Shown here: positions 57,488 through 64,000 of the stretch, piece by piece
Numbering within the stretch: position 1 is the stretch's first letter
How the letters are laid out: the number at the start of each line of letters is the position of its first letter
DNA from: an uncultured Verrucomicrobiae bacterium
GTDB lineage: Bacteria; Verrucomicrobiota; Verrucomicrobiia; Chthoniobacterales; Chthoniobacteraceae
Assembly (NCBI GenBank): GCA_963769025.1
Contig: CAVYKI010000009.1
Location: 320,001-384,000, forward strand
Direction of reading: 5' to 3'
Length of the DNA: 64,000 nt
Position numbers and translations under genes: made by a program
Notes under the pieces: generated by a model
Seen by the model: the letters and a program-made list of their open reading frames with translations, nothing else
The model's database searches: none
What the model was told of the DNA's origin: nothing

Positions 57488-58822
57488 ATGAAGACCTCCC
57501 AATCCCGCCTCCCTCTCGTCGTCGGTCTCGGCTGGCTCGCCACCGCAGCCATCGCATTTTGCATCGGCCGCATCGGCTCATCGACGGGCGTGCCGGCCGC
57601 AAGTGTGGAATCGGCCTCGGGGGCAGGCAAGGCCGGGGGCGCCGGGCATGGCTCTGGCGCTGCGAACGGCTCTGCCGGGGGCGCGGAAATCAACGGGCAG
57701 TTTGCCATGGGCGAGGGCGAAGGCCGGATGACGCTGGAGCGGCTGACGAACGGGCAGCCGCTCGACAAGTGGATGAAGAACCTGATGGCGCAGGAGGATA
57801 ATCTCGTGCGGATGAGCGGACTGTTGCGGGTGCTGGATACCGTGACGGACCCGGAGGATTTGAAGACGATTCTCGGGGCGATCAACCTCCGCGGCGACCG
57901 CGGATTCGGGCGCGGCGCGCGGTTCACGGAATACTCGATGGTCTTGGAAAAATGGACGCACCTCGATCCGAAGGGTGCGATCGCCTACGTGGACAGCAAG
58001 GGCCGGGAGGAAAAATGGCTGGGCCAGAGCACGGTGCTGCGGACTTGGACGCGGACGGACGCCGGCGCCGCCCTCGCGTGGGCGCAGGCGAATAGCAAGG
58101 AGGCGGATGATTCGCAGGGCGGGCAGGGAAATCAAGGACGCGGACCCGGAGGCCCGGGCGGAGGCCCGCCGGGAGGCAACATTTCACCAGTGTCGATCGT
58201 CCTCTCGCAACTCGCGCACACGGACCTCGACCGCGCGCTGACCGTCGCTGCCACGGAGACATTTGACCGTCGCAGCCGCACGATCGACACGCTGGCGAAT
58301 GAACTCATCAGCCAACGCGGACTGGATGCCGCGCGCACCGCGCTCGACGGCATGGCCGCGGGTTCACTGCGTGACGGGTTCACCTCGCAGCTCGCGGGAA
58401 AACTTGCCGAGAAGGATGCGCCGTCCGCCGCCGAGTGGGCATTCGCGCTGCCGGAGGGCGATGCGAAATCCCGCGCGCTGGCCGATACCATCGGCGAATG
58501 GGCGAAAAAGGATGCCGCGGCCGCGGGGGCATTCATGGCGAAGCTCCCCGCGACCGCCGAGGCGGACCGCAGCCGTGAGAGCTACGCCAACGCCGTCGTG
58601 CAGAAAGATCCGCAGGGTGCGATTGCCTGGGCTTCCACCATCACTGATGCGGAACGCCAGCGGCGCGCCGTGGAGAACGTGGCGCGCGCGTGGGTGAAGC
58701 AGGATGCAGCCGCGGCGACGGCATGGATTGCGCAGAGCAGCCTGCCAGCGGAGGTGAAGGCGCGGATCCAGTCGCCGAGCAGGGACGGCGGATTCACCCG
58801 GGGCAGAGGATCGGGCAACTAG
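57488..58822 (+). CDS. Membrane-anchored alpha-helical repeat protein
   Basis: TM anchor, Gly-rich linker, ~7 repeats of W-x3-D-P/A-x-A-A-x2-W. Confidence 0.75.
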   Translation: MKTSQSRLPLVVGLGWLATAAIAFCIGRIGSSTGVPAASVESASGAGKAGGAGHGSGAANGSAGGAEINGQFAMGEGEGRMTLERLTNGQPLDKWMKNLMAQEDNLVRMSGLLRVLDTVTDPEDLKTILGAINLRGDRGFGRGARFTEYSMVLEKWTHLDPKGAIAYVDSKGREEKWLGQSTVLRTWTRTDAGAALAWAQANSKEADDSQGGQGNQGRGPGGPGGGPPGGNISPVSIVLSQLAHTDLDRALTVAATETFDRRSRTIDTLANELISQRGLDAARTALDGMAAGSLRDGFTSQLAGKLAEKDAPSAAEWAFALPEGDAKSRALADTIGEWAKKDAAAAGAFMAKLPATAEADRSRESYANAVVQKDPQGAIAWASTITDAERQRRAVENVARAWVKQDAAAATAWIAQSSLPAEVKARIQSPSRDGGFTRGRGSGN

Positions 58823-58893
58823 CGGAGTCCGGCTGAGGATCGGTGGAAAGTGCCTCGCGTCCGGACGGTCGATCGTTTTGAATGCGCTCCGCG

Positions 58894-59808
58894 ATGTCCG
58901 AAACTGCCGTCCCACCCGCTCCACAAAAACACCGGCTGGGGCATTTTTGGGCGACAACGTGGCGGGCGGGCGTGAAATATGTCGAGACGGATGGGGAGCA
59001 GCACGCGGCGTCGTTCGCGTACTATGCGTTGTTTTCGCTTCTGCCGCTGCTGGTGCTCCTCATCGCCATCGGGACGCAGTTTCTCGGGGACCGGGAGCAG
59101 GCGACGAACAGGATTTTCGAGCTCATGTCGCAGTACATCGCGGTCGATCTCGGGAAGCAGGATCCGGTGCGCACCACCGTGCAGGGGTTCATGCAGACGC
59201 GGCTCGGATCCGGCCTGATATCACTGGTGATCGTGACGTGGTGCTCGCTGCGTTTTTTCCATTCGCTCGTGCGCGCCGTGAACAGCGCATGGGGGACGCA
59301 CGAATACAGCTGGTGGCGGCTGCCGCTGAAAAACCTGCTCATGGTGACCGTGCTCACGAGCGCACTGCTGATCGGGCTGGTGGCACCGGCGATCCTGAAT
59401 GGCTTCGAGAAATATTACAGCGCGCACCGGGAGTTGTTCTCGTTCGATTTCGGCCTCGTCGGATGGATGGTGCGCGCCGGCCGCTTTCTGCTGCCGCCGC
59501 TGCTCCTTTTCTACAGCCTCGCGCTTTTCTATAAGTTCGCACCGCGGCGACGGACGACTTTTCGCGAGGTGTGGATCGAGGCGCTGCTGGTCACGGCGGC
59601 GCTCGGTGGGCTGCAAAAGCTGTTCGTCCTCTACGCCGGGCGCGTCGCGAATTTCAACGTGGTCTATGGCACATTTGGGAGCGTGGTAGCTCTGCTCCTG
59701 TGGATTTACCTGACGGGCACGGTGATCATCGCGGGCGGATGCCTGTGCGCGGCACGCGCCGAGGTTTCGCAGGGGCTGGCCGACCAGGCGGCGAGCGAGA
59801 ACTTGTAA
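58894..59808 (+). CDS. YihY/BrkB-family membrane protein
   Basis: AASFAYYALFSLLP, NSAW, YKFAP, YGTFGSVVALLLWIY. Confidence 0.9.
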   Translation: MSETAVPPAPQKHRLGHFWATTWRAGVKYVETDGEQHAASFAYYALFSLLPLLVLLIAIGTQFLGDREQATNRIFELMSQYIAVDLGKQDPVRTTVQGFMQTRLGSGLISLVIVTWCSLRFFHSLVRAVNSAWGTHEYSWWRLPLKNLLMVTVLTSALLIGLVAPAILNGFEKYYSAHRELFSFDFGLVGWMVRAGRFLLPPLLLFYSLALFYKFAPRRRTTFREVWIEALLVTAALGGLQKLFVLYAGRVANFNVVYGTFGSVVALLLWIYLTGTVIIAGGCLCAARAEVSQGLADQAASENL

Positions 59809-59891
59809 GTTGTGCGCACATCGCGTTTCGTGAAGAACCCCTCCCGGACTCAGCAGCCTTGACCACTCACACCCAGCAATCCGCAGCCAAG

Positions 59892-61550
59892 ATGCCATTC
59901 GAGAACCGCCCGATCCGGGTCCTGCTCATCGAGGACAACAGTGAGCACTCGGAGTTGCTCGAACGGCTGCTCGGATTTTCTGACTACCCGAAATTCACCG
60001 TCACCACGGGCAAGACTCTCGCGACGGGTCTCAAGAAGCTGGGTTCCTCGGCCGAGGACATCGTGCTGCTGGATCTCACCCTGCCCGACAGCAATGGCGT
60101 GGAGACATTCCGCCGCGTGAACGCCGCGGCGCCGACCGTGCCGATTGTCATCCTGAGCGGGATTTCGGATGTGACCTCCGCGATCGAGATGGTGCAGGAA
60201 GGCGCGCAGGATTATCTCGTGAAGGGGCATGTGGACACGCACCTGCTGCTCCGTTCGGTTCAGTACGCCATCGAGCGGAAGCGATCGCAGGTCGCCACGC
60301 AGCACATGAATACGGAGCTGGAGGCCCGTGTGCAGGAGCGGACGGCGGCCCTCGTCGCGGTGAATGAGCAGCTGCAGCGGGAAATCGCGGAGCGCCGGCA
60401 CGCCGAGGAGCAGCTCGTGAAAAGCAACCGGCAGCTCACCGTTGCGCTTGCGGAATTGCGTGCCGTGCAGCGCGGCAAGGCCCTTTCGGAACGCTCCGGC
60501 GCAGCGACGCGTGAACTCGAGGAGGCATTTAAGCGCATCCTGCAGCACTCGGAGCTGATCCTTCGTGCTCCGGCGATGATGGCAAATCCCGAAAAGGTAA
60601 CGGAACATCTCCAGCTAATCGTCGCTGCTGCCGACGGGGCGCGGAAAGGGCTGCGCAAGCCGCGGGAAGTTCCCGAGGATGCCGCGCGCGAGGAAGCGCC
60701 TGCGCCTGCGACGCCATTTGAAACGGTCGCGCTCGACGCGCTTGTGGAGCGCGTCATCGTCCTGTGCAGCCCGAAGGCCGGGGATCAGGCGCGCGCCGCT
60801 GCATCGAAAGTGACCTTCGTCCGGCAGGCGGACAAGGGAGTCGAGATTCAGGGCGATCCGGTCCAGCTCCGCGAGATGCTCACTCATCTCGTGCGGAATT
60901 CCATGGCCGCGATCCCGCGCCGCGGAACGATCACCGTGGGCGCGCAGCAGATGGGGAGCGAGGCGATCCTTTTCGTGCAGGATGATGGCTTGGGAGTCAC
61001 CGACGCCGTGCGTCAGCGCCTGCTGGATCCGACCGCCGCGGTTGATCGTGCCGACGGATGGCCGAGCGGCTACGCGGTGATTCACGAGGTCGTAGCCCGT
61101 CATCGCGGCAGACTGGAGATCGAAAGCCGCAAGGGCATCGGCACGACAGTACGCGTCATTTTTCCATCGGCAAAATCCTCCACCGCATCGGCCCGCAAGC
61201 GGCGTGTGCTGGTGGTGGACGATGACGCGATGGTCCGCGAGGTCATCAGCACCTACCTCACCGAGGATGGCTACACGGTGGAACTCGCGGTGAACGGCAA
61301 GGACGGGCTCGACAAATTCACCGCGGGGCAATTCGACATCGTTCTGACGGATCGTTCGATGCCCGAGATGGAGGGGGATGAGCTCGCCCGCGAAATAAAG
61401 AAGAAAAACCCCGATGTGCCGGTGATCTTGCTCACGGGATTTGGCGACATCATGGCGGTGACGGGCGAAAAGCCTGCCGGCGTGGATGTGGTGATGAGCA
61501 AGCCCTTCACGATGGCGGGCCTGCAGAACACGCTGGCCAGCTTCCGGTAG
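59892..61550 (+). CDS. REC-(degenerate HisKA/HATPase)-REC hybrid signalling protein
   Basis: Two intact receiver domains (LLDLTLPD; LTDRSMP, KPF) flanking an eroded kinase core. Confidence 0.85.
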   Translation: MPFENRPIRVLLIEDNSEHSELLERLLGFSDYPKFTVTTGKTLATGLKKLGSSAEDIVLLDLTLPDSNGVETFRRVNAAAPTVPIVILSGISDVTSAIEMVQEGAQDYLVKGHVDTHLLLRSVQYAIERKRSQVATQHMNTELEARVQERTAALVAVNEQLQREIAERRHAEEQLVKSNRQLTVALAELRAVQRGKALSERSGAATRELEEAFKRILQHSELILRAPAMMANPEKVTEHLQLIVAAADGARKGLRKPREVPEDAAREEAPAPATPFETVALDALVERVIVLCSPKAGDQARAAASKVTFVRQADKGVEIQGDPVQLREMLTHLVRNSMAAIPRRGTITVGAQQMGSEAILFVQDDGLGVTDAVRQRLLDPTAAVDRADGWPSGYAVIHEVVARHRGRLEIESRKGIGTTVRVIFPSAKSSTASARKRRVLVVDDDAMVREVISTYLTEDGYTVELAVNGKDGLDKFTAGQFDIVLTDRSMPEMEGDELAREIKKKNPDVPVILLTGFGDIMAVTGEKPAGVDVVMSKPFTMAGLQNTLASFR

Positions 61551-61567
61551 TTGCGGAATAACTTCCG

Positions 61568-62585
61568 TTAGCTGCGGAAACCGAAGCGCTTCCCGATCTC
61601 CAGACAGTCGGCGAGCGGCCTCAGGCCACCGGTGCAGGTCTCCTCGCTCAGGTTGGCGGCAGCCGCGCACACTCCGTAGCGGAGTTGTTCGACGACGGGG
61701 CACTCGTCGTGCCAGCCGAGCAGGACGCCCGCGCCAAATGCATCGCCGGCACCCGCCGCGCCTTTGACATAGCCGGCAGGCAGAGTTCACGGAACCGTGC
61801 TCGGCCCATTCCCCATTGTGTCCGAGGGCGCAGCCACCCTCCGGGAAATGCACGACGACCCGTTCGCGGACACCCGCGTCGAGCAGCGCCTGCATGGCTT
61901 CGCGGAGTTGGGTGCGGTCGAGTTGTTCGTCGTGGCGCACGCGCCGTCCGGTGCACCGCCCGGCCTCGAATTCGTTCATGATGCAGTAGTCCACATGCCT
62001 GAGCGCGGGCATCACGATTTTCGCAAACCGGTCGCTGTCCTCGCTCACGCAATCCACCGAGGTCTTGAGTCCGGCAGCCTGCGCCTTTGCGAGCACTTCC
62101 GCCGCGACCGTGCCGTGCGTCGCGCTCGGTGCATCGAGCCCGTCGAGCAGCAGCAGGTAGCCGAGGTGGAAAATGCGCTCCTTCGTGCCGCTGAAATCGA
62201 AATGCGACGCACCGAGCAGCGCATTCGCGCCGCGGGCGTGGAAAAACGTGCGGCGTCCCGTGTCCTTCACCGTCATCACGTCGGTGAAGCTGGTCGGAGC
62301 CTCGGCCGTCTTTTTCAGACGCGAGGAGTCGATGCCGTGCCGGGCGCAAAGGTCGAGGATCCAGCGCCCGTTGTCATCGTCCCCGACGAGGCCGGACCCG
62401 CTGAGGGGAAATTTCGCGCCGAGCAGTGCGAGATCCACGAGGATGTTGAACGGTGACCCGCCGGAGCCCTTGGCGGTGCTGAAGATGTTGGCCAGCGTGT
62501 CCTGCTGCGGCCAGACGTCGATGATCTTCACGGCATCCACGATCCAGTTGCCGCCGGCGATGATTCCACTTCGGGAGTTGCTCAT
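61568..62585 (-). CDS. PfkB-family carbohydrate kinase; +1 frameshift at ~61784
   Basis: GGSPFN, GLVGDD.NG, RRTFFH, NEFEA; shifted frame gives GAAGAGDAFGAG and a TAA at 61568. Confidence 0.85.
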
Positions 62586-62717
62586 GAAATTTTGGGGAAT
62601 TGAAGGGGGACAGAGGTCGCAAATGGGACGGAAATGTCGAGCGCAAGCTGCCTTGCGATGCAGGGCCGGCATGTTCCCCCTTGCCATCGCCCGAGGGTGA
62701 TCTGCTAATAGGACTTC

Positions 62718-63683
62718 ATGAGTTCGCCCGAAAAGCACCCGACCGTCACCGTCGGCGAATTCTACACGCGCCACTCGGAGGAATTGCAGATGAAGCTGCT
62801 TACTGACGAGGGCGTCGGCCTGAACCGGCGAATCCGCGAGCCCACCGTGAACCGGCCCGGTCTCGCGCTGTGCGGCTTTTATTCGTATTTCGCGGAAAAG
62901 CGAATCCAGGTCCTCGGCTCGGCGGAACTTTCATACCTCAAGAGTCTTTCGGAAAAGGAAATGCGGCAGCGGTGGAGCGCGATCTGCGAGCGTCCGATCC
63001 CGTGTCTCATCGTCGCGCGGCACTATCGCGTGCCCGAGGATCTGCTGGCGGTCGCAAAGGAAAACGGCGTGGCGGTGTTTTCGACGCCGATGGTGACCAT
63101 GCGTTTCATCAACGCGGCGACGCTCGCGTTGGAGTTCGACTTTGCACCGCGCAAGAGCGAGTACGGCAGCATGGTGGATATCCAGGGCATGGGCGTGCTC
63201 ATCCGCGGTTCGAGCGGCATCGGGAAAAGCGAATGCGTCATCGGCCTCATCGAGCGCGGTTATTCGCTCGTGAGCGATGACATGACGCATTTTCGCGCGA
63301 TCGAGGGCCGGAACCTGATGGGGACAAGCTCCGAGTTGACGCGCAACTACATGGAGGTCCGCGGACTCGGGGTAATCAACGTGATGGCGATTTTCGGCAT
63401 CGGCGCCGTCCGGCGCGAAAAGCGGCTCGACCTGGTGGTGACGCTCAAGGACTGGCAGGAGATCGAGGACATCGATCGCACGGGGCTGGAGAGCGAATAT
63501 TTTGAACTTCTCGACATCTATGTGCCCCACGTGACGGTCCCCGTGCGGCCGGGTCGCGACATTCCGCGCCTCGTGGAAGTGGCCGCGCTGGACCAAAAGC
63601 TCAAGACCGTCGGCCACAATAGCGCAATGGAATTTAATGAGCGCCTTCTTGCATCCATGCAGAAAAAGAAGAAAGAAAGCTGA
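62718..63683 (+). CDS. hprK: HPr(Ser) kinase/phosphorylase
   Basis: NRPGLAL.G, GSSGIGKSE, LVSDD, MEVRGLG, PVRPGR. Confidence 0.95.
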   Translation: MSSPEKHPTVTVGEFYTRHSEELQMKLLTDEGVGLNRRIREPTVNRPGLALCGFYSYFAEKRIQVLGSAELSYLKSLSEKEMRQRWSAICERPIPCLIVARHYRVPEDLLAVAKENGVAVFSTPMVTMRFINAATLALEFDFAPRKSEYGSMVDIQGMGVLIRGSSGIGKSECVIGLIERGYSLVSDDMTHFRAIEGRNLMGTSSELTRNYMEVRGLGVINVMAIFGIGAVRREKRLDLVVTLKDWQEIEDIDRTGLESEYFELLDIYVPHVTVPVRPGRDIPRLVEVAALDQKLKTVGHNSAMEFNERLLASMQKKKKES

Positions 63684-63980
63684 ATGGGCCTACTGAGCCG
63701 CAACCCCGGAACCAAGATCGAAAGGGAAGTCGAGATTCTAAACAAGCTCGGCCTGCACGCGCGTCCTTGTGCGAAGTTCGTGAAGCTCGCGAGCACCTTC
63801 CGCTCTGAAGTATGGGTGGCGAAGGACAGCGATACCGTGAATGGGAAAAGCATCATGGGCCTGATGATGCTCGCTGCGGGGATTGGCAGCCGGCTCACGA
63901 TCCGATGCGAGGGCACGGATTCCGAACAGGCGCTCGCGGCCATCGAGAAGCTCATCCTTTCAAAGTTCGATGAAGACTGA
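63684..63980 (+). CDS. ptsH: Phosphocarrier protein HPr
   Basis: GLHARP (His15) and NGKSIMGLM (Ser46). Confidence 0.93.
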   Translation: MGLLSRNPGTKIEREVEILNKLGLHARPCAKFVKLASTFRSEVWVAKDSDTVNGKSIMGLMMLAAGIGSRLTIRCEGTDSEQALAAIEKLILSKFDED

Positions 63981-64000
63981 GCGACGATTCCAAGGGGTCG
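63970..64000 (+). CDS. Probable 5' end of PTS enzyme I (truncated by the window edge)
   Basis: ATG overlapping the end of HPr gives MKTERRFQGV, like EI N-termini; supported by gene context only. Confidence 0.4.
   Translation, partial: MKTERRFQGV

Noticed and set aside
60615..61567. Apparent C-terminal extension of the PfkB kinase (719-aa ORF) overlapping the hybrid regulator
   Set aside because: Artefact of the +1 insertion at ~61784; the corrected frame stops at 61568

Overview
A GC-rich, gene-dense bacterial chromosomal segment. Verrucomicrobiota (PVC superphylum) is inferred from the Cys-type sulfatases, DUF1501, a PVC-type heme-c dehydrogenase, an H-X9-DG pseudopilin and the near-absence of Shine-Dalgarno motifs. 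About 58 CDS were called: three sulfatases, dinB, hflKC, a Cu-type P1B ATPase, a glycogen/trehalose cluster (glgX, treY, treZ, treS-maltokinase, pfkB), a long minus-strand run (M16 peptidase pair, gluQ, ECF sigma, a ~1350-aa deacetylase/dehydrogenase/cytochrome c fusion, HAD, a DHS-like protein, an RfaE-like kinase, nitrilase), a pseudopilin-ABC operon, a degenerate hybrid kinase and hprK-ptsH(-ptsI). No rRNA, tRNA, CRISPR array or mobile element was seen. Four genes carry +1 insertions, probably sequencing errors. The strongest novel candidate is an unannotated ~93-nt two-hairpin small RNA (53387-53479, minus strand) with its own sigma-54-type promoter and intrinsic terminator, back-to-back with the pseudopilin-ABC operon. 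Other leads are a kinase/phosphatase/DHS-like sugar-phosphate module, a His-less pseudo-histidine kinase, a 198-bp convergent glgX/treY overlap, leaderless promoters, intergenic heptamer arrays and two small proteins not called as separate ORFs in the track. Family assignments come from motif recognition only; no database search was run.
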